A DNA stretch of 63,273 nucleotides, filler included, from Choristocarpus tenellus KU-1152 (lineage: Eukaryota > Protista > Phaeophyceae): assembly GCA_964200185.2 (NCBI GenBank). It is 10 parts of 10 records of this genome, joined end to end, with 100 filler letters (N's around TTAATTAATTAA, not from the genome) between each part and the next. Parts side by side here need not be neighbours in the genome. Positions count along the whole stretch, not along the records: positions 11,742 to 15,848 come from CAXNAD020016168.1; positions 15,949 to 21,000 come from CAXNAD020012036.1; positions 21,101 to 25,896 come from CAXNAD020013030.1; 7 more parts are not named here. The stretch is one strand, 5' to 3'. The notes beneath the pieces were generated by a model. It had not been told where the DNA came from and did not search any database. It saw only the letters and a list, made by a program, of their open reading frames with translations. Every line of letters starts with the position of its first letter. The first letter of the stretch is position 1. The translations under genes and the position numbers were made by a program. Below are positions 13,537 through 25,996 of the stretch, piece by piece.

Positions 13537-13794
13537 GACCCAAACCAATTGAGAGGAATGACAGATTTGTACCCTATTGCATTTAAAATCATGTTATTAC
13601 CCTGTGCAATACACTCTATTTTACTAGTTTTACGTACACAATAGTGTACGAAAAAAATATTCCACCTTTTCCACCCGCATTGTGGGAACAAAATTAAGTA
13701 AAGTCTCTTTCTACAGTTTTACGGAATGCGTCTTGTTGCCCTTTCTCGGGATCCTTAAAATGCAACCCTGCCTACCTCTCAATCGGTTTGGCTC
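13537..13794 (-). mobile_element. MITE family C copy, inverted relative to 12401-12659
   Basis: GACCCAAACCAATTGAGAGG ... CTGCCTACCTCTCAATCGGTTTGGCTC; interior is the reverse complement of the first copy. Confidence 0.85.
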
Positions 13795-14850
13795 GAATTA
13801 CCATCAAATTAATTAAGTTGTCCCCAAAAAGATTTCATTTCAGCATGTCCTTTCACCGGGCAGGGGACCTATATTGCTCGCGGCTTTCTGCCACGGACCA
13901 ATTTCAAGCGAATCAGTGGCTCTGTCGCCCATCTTCCAGATGCTAGCAAATGTATATTTGGTAACCTGATTAGCATCAGTATTGTTATTTATTCATCACA
14001 TTTGTCTTAGGGACCCCATATTTGTGGTCGAAATGGTAGTTCGTAGAAGGCAATACAGAAGAAGAGGAAAGGTAATAAGGAATGAAAAAGAACAATACAA
14101 AAAATAAAAAGAGAGGCAAAAAACAAAAGGAATAGAAAAGAGAAAAACCTATGAAGTAATCTCAGTTATGGGAGGATGAGGATTCGAAAGGAGAAATATG
14201 CATAGAAAGCTGAGTCTTGGCAAGGATAGATGAAAATAATAGGAGGGTAGACGAGAAGTTAAAGATGGGATGGCTGGGAGGCCGATTGTGTGATCGAGAT
14301 ATTCAAGGGAAATGAGGGTTAGGTGGAGAATCGAGGTAGGAAGGACTGGGGCAGAATATAAGGCGAAAGTCAAGACCGGAGTGGGAGGACAAGGAGGGGA
14401 AAGATCAAGGCAAACTCCAAGCAATCTTTCCCACCCACCCACCCTCTCGATTGCTCACGATTGAGTGGGATATTGGGGGGGGGAAGGAGGTCAAGTTCGG
14501 GCAGGGTGGGATGTCTAGGAGTCCAAAGGCATGGGATTGAAGTGGATGATTGGGGTGATTGGGGGGTGCTCTTGGGTGAATGTGGAGAGTTGAATGGTAT
14601 GGTGTGGTGTGGTGTAGTAGAGAATGGTGTGGTGGAGGAAGGCGAAATGGATCCGCCGAAATTAGCCGCATTGATTTGTAATTGAAACCAGTGGTGAAGA
14701 TTGGTCGCGCTGATTGGTCGTTGGATCGCGAGAATTGGTCGCATTGGCTGGTGAGAGGAAACCAACCACTTGCGAAGATTAGTCGCACTGTTTGGTCATT
14801 AGATATATGCAGGATTGGTCGCATAGTTTGTGGTTTAAAAAGGACAATGT

Positions 14851-15205
14851 GTGGAAGGAAAGAAAGAGGTGGTGTTACATTGGTTGAGTAGGAGGAGAGT
14901 GGATGGAAGACTAAAACGAGGCTACATAATTAATCCAGAATTCGTGAGGAAAGAAAAAAGGAATAATAAAACGTAGCAGAAAAGACGTCATCGCACAAAA
15001 ACGCAAGGGGGAGAGAAGAAAGAAAATGGAGAGAAGGATAGGGTGTGGAGGAAAGTAAGAGGTGGCGTTACATTGATTGAGAAGGAGGAGAGTGCTGTAA
15101 AATGAATTCAGAATTCATGGCGAAAGAAAAAACGAATCATAAAACGGAGCAGAAAAAGACGTCATTATACAAAAACGTAACGGGAAGATGAGAAAGAAAA
15201 TGAAC
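14851..15205. repeat. Degenerate tandem duplication, unit ~190 bp, purine-rich
   Basis: TGTGG..GAAAG..AGAGGTGG(T/C)GTTACATTG..TGAG..GGAGGAGAGTG at ~14851 and ~15044, with matching downstream GCAGAAAA(A)GACGTCAT. Confidence 0.8.
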
Positions 15206-15279
15206 ACAGGATGCAAGAGAAATTAACGCAAAAAGACAACAGTGTTCAGCTGACAGTGTTGGTGATCGTGTTGGCGACT

Positions 15280-15620
15280 CGGGCGATCTTGGCTGCTGCT
15301 TTGGTGTGATGTACGTTAGCTATCACACCTTCTTTGAAATCCTATTCGACCATGAACGAAACTCGTTGTGCCGTAGCACTTAGCCACACACTCATACCAC
15401 TCTTGTTTGCTGGTGGCCTCGCGCTCCGATCCTCAACCCTTACCCAATTTTGTCAAGGCCATCTTGGAAGTATGTCGACCAGTTCTTCTCCTGTCCATCT
15501 CCCTTCCTTCCGTGTTTCATTCGTAACGTCCCCAAACATCATAGTCTTATAACCTCTCAATCACCCCTCATGGGATGATCTGACGCAGCAAATAGAAGCC
15601 TCCACTTACCCACTGTTGCC
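15280..15620 (-). pseudogene. LINE (RTE-like) ORF2 C-terminal remnant
   Basis: Minus strand reads KTMMFGDVT...EGRWTGEELVD, resembling the RLPKxxMFG..RGGxExEW tail of RTE-type elements. Confidence 0.4.
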
Positions 15621-15757
15621 TTAATACTTCATAGTTTGGAAAAGCAGGTTTGCCTGTTGTTACACCGTTCTTGCTGTAAGTCATATATCTTGATACTGAT
15701 TAAGGTTTCCTTGGAGGAAACCCCGATTCCAGTGGAGGGTCTTACGAATAATCTGAA

Positions 15758-15848
15758 GGCTCAAAGTATCTGGGAGGGGGTAGCGGCTGTCCAATTGGGG
15801 TAAATTTTTTATTTCACGATTCTTGGGTGATTTGGTTGCATACGTCGG
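15758..15848 (+). mobile_element. MITE family B left half at contig end
   Basis: GGCTCAAAGTATCTGGGAGGGGG..GCGGCTGTCCA..GGTGATTTGGTTGCATACGTCGG. Confidence 0.9.
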
Positions 15849-15948
15849 NNNNNNNNNNNNNNNNNNNNNNNNNNNNNNNNNNNNNNNNNNNNTTAATTAA
15901 TTAANNNNNNNNNNNNNNNNNNNNNNNNNNNNNNNNNNNNNNNNNNNN
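15849..15948. other. Artificial contig-joining spacer
   Basis: N-TTAATTAATTAA-N, 100 bp. Confidence 0.98.
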
Positions 15949-16170
15949 CCCCTCCATTTGCTGCTGTACTGGGGTGGCCCCTCCCATTTGCTGCTGTACT
16001 TGGCTAACCCCTCCCATTTGCTGCTGTACTTGGCTAACCCCTCCCATTTGCTGCTGTACTTGGCTAACCCCTCCCATTTGTTGTTGCACTGGGATAGCCC
16101 CTCCCATTTGCTGCTGTGCTTGGGTAACCCCTCCCATTTGTTGTTGCACTGAAGTGGCCCCACTTATCTG
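15949..16170 (-). repeat. Coding 30-bp minisatellite (~7 units) encoding QQQMGG(V/A)xxV
   Basis: CCCCTCCCATTTGCTGCTGTACTTGGCTAA repeated in frame within the last visible exon; the contig breaks inside it. Confidence 0.95.
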
Positions 16171-19100
16171 TTGCTGCATCTCAAGGACACCCTTAGTCTT
16201 GAGGAGGTCCACCATGCCAGCCACCTATTTGTTGCCATGCATAATAAGAAGACCACATGAAGGCAACAAATGGGAAGAGGGGGGCAGTACAGGTGGAGAT
16301 AAGTTTTTTTTCCAATAATGTAGGAGGACCTCTCTCGGTGATCGCTAAAACAGCCAACAATCAACCATCTAGAGAGCCTAAGGAGGGAGGGAGTGCAGCT
16401 ACAGGAAAAAGGTACACCTCATCACACTTTTTCGCTGGCTTTGGCATGGAGACAAGACAAGAACAGTTACAACCCCCCAATCATTAACTGAATACGTGCA
16501 CTGCACTTCAAAGACCAACACCATACACAAGGTCCTCAAGGGCATTCATCACACACAAAATCACGTTAAAAGAAACTCAACTCCTGTGCAGATGCCTCAA
16601 CATTTCCACCAGGGCTAGAGCGAGAAAGATGATATCCGTAAGCAAACAGGCCAGCCCCCCCCCCTCGCGGAGGGGGCAGGCACAAACAAACTCCCCAACC
16701 AGAAGCAAACCAACAACGCAACCTACAAACGGAATCGCACTTCTCAGGAGTGGGGCAACCTGAGAGTCATGAGGGAGCAAAAGAAGCATCAGTGTACGCA
16801 TGCAGCCATCACTCACAAGATGATTCGAGCAGAAGCGGCGGCGCTCCCCAGGGTACCCATAAGTTGGGTGCTTGTCACAGTCCTCGGCCTCACATCGCCG
16901 ATGAACCACATCAATCGTCCCTTGAGGCCGGTGGTTGGAGCAGAATCGAGCAGTCTTGCCGGGCTCACCAAAGCTGCTTCGACGAGAACAGTGCTTCACC
17001 TCACAGATCTTAGACTTGACATCCACCATGTTGGGCAGCTTGTGCGCCGAGCAGAAGGAAGGACGTTCCCCGCGAGGTCCGAAGCTGCTCACCTGTGTAC
17101 AAAAACAAAGAGAGGATGGAGGAAGGAGTACAAGGGGGTAGGTTAGGTTAGGTTAGGTTAGGTAGGCTGGGAGTAGGTTTGGACGCACACAACATGACAC
17201 ACAACATAACACACAACATGACACACAACATGCAGAGAACGATGCGAAACATGGGGAGTGGCGGACGCCTGGTTTGAAAAAGTAGAATCAGGGTCTATCG
17301 TGCAGGGCTCAACTACGTGCAATTAAAAAACACATAATTTCTTGCGTATTTTTTTACGGACTAGAAGGGTTTCCAGCACCACACCATACAGGCGTATGGC
17401 ACAAAGGGTACTATATATAACGGAGGCGGATTCATCCATCTACCGTGCTCCAAAAATCTTTACAGAACAGGCAGCGAGTGACCAAGGCATTGGGTGGGGG
17501 GGGGGGGGAAGGGAAGGGAAAAACCACACACTTAGCAATCATCCACCAGACACACCATTGCAGTGCTGAACCTTCCAAAAACAGAACGGAATTTACTTCC
17601 AACCATCGACAATGCAACGCTAGTTGTCTACACTACCTATCTTCCCCTCGGCACTTTGTAAGAAAAAGGTGAACAAACAAGGTCAAGGTGAACAGTCCAA
17701 CGCGGGGGAAAAGGTGTTCCAACAACAACAACAACAACAACAACATATTAAAAAAGACTCAATAAAGGATTCCCAATTCCTCCCTAGCGTGAATCTCTGC
17801 CATGTTCGAGAGCTGCTGTCACGGTTGAGTGTGTCGGAAAAGCAATTCCTTCAACAACCAACTTTTTCCCTCATTGGGTGCCTGAAAATCGCAGCTCAGG
17901 CAGACCCTTCCAAAAAGGGACGCTCCTGCATTCTCAGGACCTCATGGCAATAAAAGACAAAATTAAGGAGGTACAACTGTACAAGCAGGGCCTAGTGGAG
18001 GGACTACAACAGTCGTGCAGTCTACCCCCAAGCTTCCCCCTTCCTCTTAAACACACAGTCGGTATCCATTGGTGGGAAAGGGTGCAGAATCAAAACACTT
18101 GTTACCTAACAGAGTGTAGATTTGGTCCACACAAGGAAGTGGGTTCCCAATGTGTCCACCTCACACTCATGTACCCTCCATTTCTACTTCGGGATGAATG
18201 CACACGCACACAAATCCTGATGCAACACACACACACACACACACACACAAAAAAAATAGGATTTCCAGTAATGTGCCAGCAGGGCATACGGAGACAGGCA
18301 CAGTTGGCTGCCTGCATCCTTTAAGATTCAGAGCTATTCAGTTCAAAATCAAAAGCAGCAAAAGGGAAATAAGAAGGAACATCCCACTGCTAAACCCATC
18401 GACTCTGAAGAGTTCCTCCTATCAACCCTCCAATCCCAATATTCAATCAAGAAAGGAATACAACCAGCACATAAAGTTGCATATCACAACGCAGCAATGC
18501 CCATTGAATTGTACTCTACTATCTCAAACAGATTTGTGGGCAGGGGTGAATGAACATTTGACTGGTAAATATGTTATCAAATCTTCCCCTATATCAGCGA
18601 TCATAACCCCACCACTCCCCTTCTCCCCACTTCCCCTCAGCCCAATCTTGACATAATCAAAGCAACGTCAGAAACAGATAGTGAGCTCTGCTGTTAGACA
18701 ACAATGAACCCCCACACTACGACCTCCCAGTCAATCCGTTCCATTCTCCATTCTCCCTATCTCCCCCACCGCCTAGTCTGCCCATCACACCTTGCTGCAC
18801 CCATTCTGGAGGCATTGATTCTTCACGTACACGTCACCTTCCACCTTGTGTGTAGCACACCTCACTGGGAGGGTCCCTTTTTGACCATAGCTGGGTGCCT
18901 TGTGGCACTTCTCCTGCTCACAGGCCGGAATACCACGCCGCCTCTTCATTGCCCTACCATCAAAGCCATCTCCGTGGGGGTCACCTACACCAATGACTAC
19001 TGCAGCACCCATACCAGTCCCACCCCCAGGCCCGACACCAACCCCAGCAACGGAAAGGTCACCAGTTGCAGTGGAAATTGTACCCACCGGCATTTCTCCC

Positions 19101-20189
19101 CCAAGACTATAGCCAGGGGGGACGGCACCCCCTTCAGCTTGTGCTGCTGCACTGGCCGCAGTCGCAGCAGCAGCGGCAGCCGCAGCAGCAGAATTTGCAG
19201 CGGCAGCGGCAGCAGCACCTTGGGAGAAGCGCCTGCCCCTCTTGAGATCGACCATACCTGGCTCTCGGTGGGCTGCACAGAACACAGGCCTGGAGTTCTC
19301 GTAGCCATATCCAGGGTGCTTCTCGCAACCCTTCCAAACAAAATGTGTCATATCCAGGACCAAGGGGGTAGTGGGCAATCGTCAGAAAGATCGGGAATTG
19401 GATGCTATCAGTCAACACTAACGGAGAGGAGCAGCAACTCAAAGGGCAGGAGGGAATAGATGGGGAAGGGGGAGCAACGTTTACTGTGTGAGCCAGAGGT
19501 CCGACTGTTACACTCAGATTCTATCTGGATAAATACAATTTTGTTATATATAGAACATGGACGACAGGTAAGTGACATCAGAAAAAGCTACAAAAGATAA
19601 CCACGGAACCAAGTTACGTTTGGTTCGTACTAGGCACAAAACCTTCTCAAGTCCTCGATCAAGTTCTAATTGCTTCAATTTCCCAACTCACATCTTGTTG
19701 GCACCGCAGCTTGTGCGCAACATCTACCATGCCCTCGTCTTTGTGCTGGGAGCAAAATCGCGCACGTAATCCGGTGTAATTAAAGCTTGGACGCCTCGCA
19801 CATTTGATGAACTCGCAGTGCCGAGGGGCGACAGCTGGGCGTCCTGATGACCCAGAACTCCTTCCTCTAACCATTCCTGATCCCCCTCCAGAACCCGTTG
19901 CCCCCGAAATGCCATCACGCCCATCCAATCGTCCAACAATCTCACGAGGTTTGCTGACAGCATTGACATGCTTCAAGAAATTTCCGACAATACTCTCCTT
20001 AGTGACAGGCTGCCGAAATGTTTGACTTATATCAGGTTGGGGGGTGCCAGAGAGGGATGTAGTTGCCGCAGGGTCTTGACTTGCGGCGTTCACAGTATGA
20101 ATTTCGATGCTTTCAAGGGTATCTACCACCGGTACACCAAGCTGCTGAAGGTAATCTAGGAAAGCTTCAAGGTCCTTAGCCAGCGCCAT
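15949..20189 (-). CDS. EsV-1-7 cysteine-rich repeat protein (IMM-like family), 3'-partial; exons 19692-20189, 18791-19330, 16817-17092, <15949-16224
   Basis: Six C-x4-C-x(K/R)xPx(Y/F)G...C-x2-H-x3-GMVD(V/L) repeats; all three introns are GT-AG phase 0 and rebuild repeats across junctions (RCQQD|GCEKHP, GCSK|VSSFG, CSNHL|VAGMVDL). Confidence 0.9.
17138..17232. repeat. Intronic (TTAGG)n and (ACACAACATGAC)n simple repeats
   Basis: Directly visible. Confidence 0.85.
17720..17744. repeat. (CAA)8 microsatellite in intron
   Basis: Directly visible. Confidence 0.9.
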
Positions 20190-21000
20190 AGTTGGTGTCC
20201 ACCAGTCCCAATGTTCCCCAATCACGGATTTTCCTCCTATCCGCAACTTCCGAGTTTTCGGCAAGAAAACGGGGACGCCTAGAGCTGCGTCCCCCCCTCG
20301 ATTCCCAGATGGCCAAGACTGGCTGTTTGAAAATCACTTTTGAACCCCACAAAGCGAGAAAGTACCCTTTACGTCGTGCGCGCTCGTCTCGCGATTCGCG
20401 TGAGTGAAGGTTCCTGTCCTTGACCGTGCGCACCACACCACAACCCTCTACTCCTCGTTATTGGAAATGTTATTTTTTTTTTCTTGAGAGTTCTATAGAC
20501 TGGTTTCCCGCCTTTTTTCTCTAGGAGAAGAAAAGGTGTGATGTAAAAAGGGCTCGATACATACTTTAAAATGACACGACTCTCTAGCAATACATTCATC
20601 ATATATTTAAATATTCATTATTGTCCACATATAATACTTACAAATATTACCCTCTTTTCACATTTTGAGTATGTGTTTCCATACGTGTGAGGTAAAAAGC
20701 CAAACCAATATCACACATCCCTAAAATGTCACCAAAAATAATATTATTTTCCGTTATATATTATTCTTCGTTGACATTTCGCGCATGTGTTTGAGTAAGA
20801 AGCGAAACGAATATAACAATGACTGGTACAAAAGTATTACGACTTTCAGGTGCTGGTCCCCAAGCACCCGAGCAAGAATCCAGAGGAGCTTAGCCAAACC
20901 ATTATGGATGCAAAGGACAGGGTACAAGGGGATTCAAGGTCTGGGGAACCACGGCACTGCCCCCCTGATGAGGACTACACTCCCACCTCCCTGCAGACAT

Positions 21001-21100
21001 NNNNNNNNNNNNNNNNNNNNNNNNNNNNNNNNNNNNNNNNNNNNTTAATTAATTAANNNNNNNNNNNNNNNNNNNNNNNNNNNNNNNNNNNNNNNNNNNN
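21001..21100. other. Artificial contig-joining spacer
   Basis: N-TTAATTAATTAA-N, 100 bp. Confidence 0.98.
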
Positions 21101-21119
21101 CCCCCAGATACTTTGATCC
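21101..21119. mobile_element. MITE family B terminus at contig start
   Basis: CCCCCAGATACTTTGATCC. Confidence 0.7.
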
Positions 21120-22060
21120 AGGAAACATATTTGATGCAGTTCTCCATTGCCATAGGGTTAGGGTTTGCAGTACCTCTTATGTTCAGATTCATGTTTGATA
21201 CAGTCTTGTAGTTGGATATTTTCCCCTGATGTACAGCACTTAGAGTGCACAGGGGCAGATGCATCCTTGCAAGACAGTTAACAACAATTGACAGGGGATT
21301 CCTACCCAGACTTGATCTTTGTTAAAAAACGTTTAGAGAGGGGTTTCATAAAGATGTTTGGTAACAGATCAGATCTCCCACAGCTAGACTTTTCAGCAAG
21401 TGATGGGCATCAGTCACTGGTGATATCCCTGCATATCTCTTTGATGGGAATTCTTCACTGATGTAAATACAGGAGTGTCATCACAAACATCTCTTGGTAA
21501 GACAAAAAGGTGTATCTCTCCATATTCGTATTCAAAATGAAACTTCAGATGAAGCATATATTGAGCAATTAAACTAGCGCAAATGAGTCATTGTTGTTTT
21601 AACAAATACAACAGTTACTATTTTCTTCAGGCAGGGGTTTCAGAGCCTTCCCCAAAGTGGAAATTTGGTCTTGTAACATCCGCTACATTTAGTGATATTT
21701 GCTCCAATGCCTTGAAGAGTTTGGGCCCAACTCTTTCACCCACAAGAGAGATGAAAAATAGGTCCCCCATACATTCTCCAGCAAACAAACAGGCTTGGCA
21801 TTATGTTAATTACCACAACCCAACTCTAGCTGAGTATTGTTTGCTGGTGCACAGTTGGTATTATAGCAGGTGCAGATATGAAACTGACCAAAATTTCTCT
21901 TTGCATGAGATTGGTCACAAACAGTTACCCTTTAGCAGCACAACTACTCCTCACCATCAGTTAAGATGACATTGTTGAAAAATGCATGGACTTACTGCAG
22001 TGTCGATAACCTAACCAAGTGCAATGAATACAGCACACCTACCTGCTTAACTCCAACAAA
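21120..22060 (-). pseudogene. Decayed Ty1/copia reverse transcriptase remnant
   Basis: Minus-strand fragments KQVGVLY (cf. LKQAGRxW), SPCIF..GVVVVLL (cf. DPCVF..VVHVDD) and LAVGDLIC (cf. EAVGSLMW) in the expected order. Confidence 0.45.
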
Positions 22061-22519
22061 ATCAAGCATGCTCTAATCTCGAAAAGGGAAGTCCGGACTG
22101 TCCTGACTACTCAACAAGGCTGGTCCTTGCCGGGGGGATCAAGAGTTGAGGCCGGGGCAGGGCTGAGATGGTCTGGGAAGTGTGTAAATGATAATGTACA
22201 CCATGGGACAAGGCTAACAGCCTCAAGGCAAGGGTCATTCCACTGTTCCTCATTGTTGTCCACACTGTAGGTGATACTGATACTTCAAAGTACTAATGCA
22301 TTGAACCGGAAAGTATCATCTCAATACAATCTATGCCTTAGGATTGAGATCCAGGGTTAGAGTTAGCGTTATGGTTTTGGGTATGGTTTGGGACTCTGTT
22401 GGCTTGGATTCCCAGTTAGTAAGAAAGGGGTGGTTAGTATCTACAGTTTAACCTAGCAATACACTGCCTCTTGTCTGCTCATCAAAGCCTCAAGACTTAT
22501 GTTGCCCCTCTTTCCACAG

Positions 22520-22937
22520 ATCTGCACCTGTCAGGCTCAGTTCGAACACACAGAACAGGCGACACCAGGGCACAGAATTCACACATCTATCGAGCCAATA
22601 TATGAAATCAAAACAAGGCCCCACAAATAGCAAGGGTTCGGACTTGGGTGAGGCAATTCACCAAGGTCAAGTGCAGGACATTCAATCATCTTCTACAGTA
22701 GCTAGGGAGAGCTCCTTTCAAGAAGAGGATAGCAGGTTTGTCCAGGGGAGTAGGAATCCTAGCAAACAATACAAGGTCAACTATTTCAATCAAGACAACT
22801 TGACAAAAAGCTTTCAGATCACTTTGTCATCACCTCTACAACCAGGAAAATCAATACAGAATCAGCTGCTGTTGTTGATGCCGCCATATCTTCAACTCAA
22901 GAAGCAGCGCGAAAATATCCACAACTGTCAGCAACTT
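22520..22937 (+). CDS. Candidate isolated exon, unknown low-complexity protein
   Basis: Pyrimidine-rich acceptor TTTCCACAG, open frame of ~139 codons, possible donor GTGAGG; no recognisable domain. Confidence 0.3.
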
Positions 22938-23039
22938 GTGAGGGAGGGGGGAACCAAGAGAGTCCGCACATAGAAGAGAGGGGAAGAATTGAAGAGGGGG
23001 ATGAGGGGGTGAAGGACGATGGGAAACGAAGAGAAAATA

Positions 23040-23720
23040 CATCCAAGATGGAGGTTGGCGATTTTGGAGATCAGTTAGGAACAGAAGATTTTGAGTTACT
23101 TCCGGAGGGATGGGCAGCAGCAGTGGATGAGGCTAGTGGGCGCTTCTATTTCTACTCGGCCCACAGGTAACTACAAATCCCTAAACCCGCTGTTTACTGT
23201 GAAGCACTATCAGAAGATAATTGTGTGGCACTTGACCAGATATACTGTCCCTATTAGTCCACAAGACGACAAAGGTTTTGATTGAGATAGGTGTGTGGAG
23301 GGAAAGATATCTCCATGCAGTGCATATTTTCGTCAATTTGACAATGTAGTAGTAGTCTGAGAAGACGTTCCAAACACAGCAAAGGCCAATGATGCCCAAC
23401 TTTGCTTCTACCTGCACAGGATATTGACAACAAAGGTAAGCCTTCAGTATGCACACTAAATGTTGTACTTCAAGTATTGCTGAATACCTATGACTGTCAA
23501 CATACACGCTAATAGTCAAACGGGAATGGGAAAACATTAAAATGAGTTTTTTGGGGCATATTGAACACAGTGGGCAAACGTAAGGGCTAGGGTTAGTTAA
23601 TAGGATACAGCAGTTCCAATTTGTGAAGCGCTTTATAATACTGAGTAAACTGGAGTGCGTATTCCAGTCTTGGGTGATGAGAGGGAAACGATTGCAAGGA
23701 ATGAGTGAGTGAACCAAAAA
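23040..23720 (-). pseudogene. Decayed Ty1/copia RT-RNase H remnant
   Basis: Minus-strand ISCAGRSKVGH (cf. PDISxAVRxVARH), VFSDYYY (cf. VFSDADYA), VVLWTNR (cf. VVSWxSR). Confidence 0.5.
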
Positions 23721-25077
23721 TACCTCTCAAGACAATTGTGGTTAAGGTCACAAGCTAATCCTACATCCTTGGTGTGAATCCATGCGACCAATTGTCAAGT
23801 GCCCTGAATCTGACCCTAACCCAACTCTGATGCATTCCCAGAAAGTTCCTATGCTACAAAAAAAGTACAATCACAAATATAAAGAGCAGAAAAAAAAAAT
23901 GTAAAAAGTGAAAAAGGAAAAATAGGGTGCTCAACCTGTCTCAGTGAGGTTTGTTGTTGTCATATGGTAGTGCCTGACCCTGTGTTGAGAAATATGAAAG
24001 GATCAAAAACTAAAACCAGAGCAACATCTTGAAGATGTAATGTGTGTCATGATTAATATGAAAAAAAAAAACTCAGGCAAACTTGGCAGGCACAATACTG
24101 TTGGTTGTTCGATTCAATATGGGCTACATCTCTAGAGTCTGTCCCAAGAGGTTTGTGCACAAATACGAAACACTATGTCCTTTGAGCTGGTTGGACTACA
24201 GTATTCACTGGATAACATTCTCCCGTGGACTCTGAATTGAACCAAGGATAACCCTCCTCGTGTCACCTTTTCTTAGCGACAAAGCAAATCTATTTTACAT
24301 ATATCACTCGCACTTGGTGCTATTATTAGTATCAAGATCGTGTAGGGAACAAATGCACTTTGAGGTGGTTGTTTGTTCCCCAAGCCTGTAGATCATGTCT
24401 TGCTCAACGGTTCATCTTTAGTAATCGCACTTGGCAGGTCCACTTGGGTACGCCCTACATTGCCGGCTAGTCCTCGTCTTGAGAGAAACAGACAAGAAGA
24501 TTCTCATCCAACAACCATGACACACTTGGAGAAGACAACTGACATGGCTGGGGTGGATGCAGACTACGATGCAGAGGTGGAGGCTGAGACTGTGAGGGAG
24601 GAAGGGAAGCAAGATCAGTTTTTACATTGCAAAGAGTGAAGAGCAGTAGCCAATGCTGATGAACGAGTCTTATATCAGTGTGTGGTGAAGGCATGTCATC
24701 AGTTTCGGGAACATTATTGTAATCACAAACACCCCCAGTAGCGCCTACTGCAATTCTGTTTTGATGCCACTGTAGACAAGAAGAAGTCAATGCGATGCAT
24801 TATATATGATGAGGGAGGAGAACAAATACAAGGTCATTTTGACGTTCTTGTTGCATCTATACCATAAGCAATGTCATGTCAATGCAGATCGCTAGTGTTG
24901 GTAGGCTTGTACTGTAAACAGGTCTTTGTCACTGACAATCTTGAGAAGAATACACACAGCACATTGAACAAGTCGTGGGATACAACAGTTCTTCCTTCAT
25001 ACTCAACAACTGCTCCAAGTACGGACCTCGTTGCTTACTCAATTATCTGTATAGGCTTGCTCCCCTGAGATAGTACT

Positions 25078-25336
25078 GAGTCAAAGTAATAGAGAGGAAC
25101 CCAGAGTGGAATTTTAAGAACGCTAGCAAGAATATGTGCAAAAGTTGACTTTTTTCGAAATATGTAGAGGATGTTTTCTGAATTGTGTCGAAAAGTGTCG
25201 AACAATAAAGAGATCAACCGTCTCTAGTCAAACTTAGGGCTTCATCTATAGAACTATGGGCGAATTGCAAAAGATTGAAAACCGGCTTATAACGCAAAAC
25301 GACCAAGAATTGGGTACCTCTTGTCTACTTCGGCTT
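25078..25336 (+). mobile_element. MITE family D copy; TSD ACT
   Basis: Imperfect TIR GAGTCAAAGTAATAGAGAGGAACCC / GGGTACCTCTTGTCTACTTCGGCTT; ACT flanks; right half recurs at ~52490-52609. Confidence 0.75.
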
Positions 25337-25708
25337 ACTCACAGAAAAGGTATGTATCTTTATACGCCAGGAGGGAAACCAGCATAGGATTGGGGTACAG
25401 GCAGTTGCGATCATAACAAGTCATAAAGATTGGACAGAAGAGACTGATGCAGTCCACAATACCTAATTGATATTGTGGCCACTTATCAACATCCCACCTG
25501 CTTATGTGAAGGTTGTAGTGACGAAGGCACCTCATCATAGGAAATTAACCTATCAATTGGAAAAACATTATTAATTAGTGAATGACAAAGGACAACACCC
25601 CTTCCTCATCTTCCTGGGAAAGTAAAAAAAAAAACTACTAGTATCTCTTCCACAAAATGAGTTGAGTCTTCATGGTTGTATGATGTTATGCTGTGTGTGG
25701 AGAGGAGA

Positions 25709-25884
25709 GGCTCAAAGTATGTGGGGGGGGTGGCGGCTGTCCATATGGGTCAATTTTTCCATGTCGCGATTTTTGGGTGATTTGGTTGCGTATGTCGAAT
25801 GGATAATGTAAGTGCACTCTTCCTGTTTTTGATCCAAATGGACACCCTGGTGTAACCCCCCCCCCCCCTAAATATTTTTGGTTT
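25709..25884 (+). mobile_element. MITE family B copy next to contig end
   Basis: Full family B interior; right TIR degenerate. Confidence 0.9.
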
Positions 25885-25896
25885 AATAGTTTGGGA

Positions 25897-25996
25897 NNNN
25901 NNNNNNNNNNNNNNNNNNNNNNNNNNNNNNNNNNNNNNNNTTAATTAATTAANNNNNNNNNNNNNNNNNNNNNNNNNNNNNNNNNNNNNNNNNNNN
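25897..25996. other. Artificial contig-joining spacer
   Basis: N-TTAATTAATTAA-N, 100 bp. Confidence 0.98.

Noticed and set aside
11742-13970. Scattered candidate minus-strand exons (~12790-12907, ~13870-13965, ~12293-12327)
   Set aside because: Plausible splice signals, but no recognisable domain or verified phase chain, so not called as a gene
15949-16170. 30-bp repeat as a CRISPR array
   Set aside because: No unique spacers, lies in frame within a spliced eukaryotic exon, and no cas genes
17138-17165. (TTAGG)n as an alternative telomere repeat
   Set aside because: A single short intronic tract among other simple repeats; slippage is sufficient
18704-19459. 251-aa plus-strand ORF
   Set aside because: Antisense shadow of the GC-rich EsV-1-7 exon
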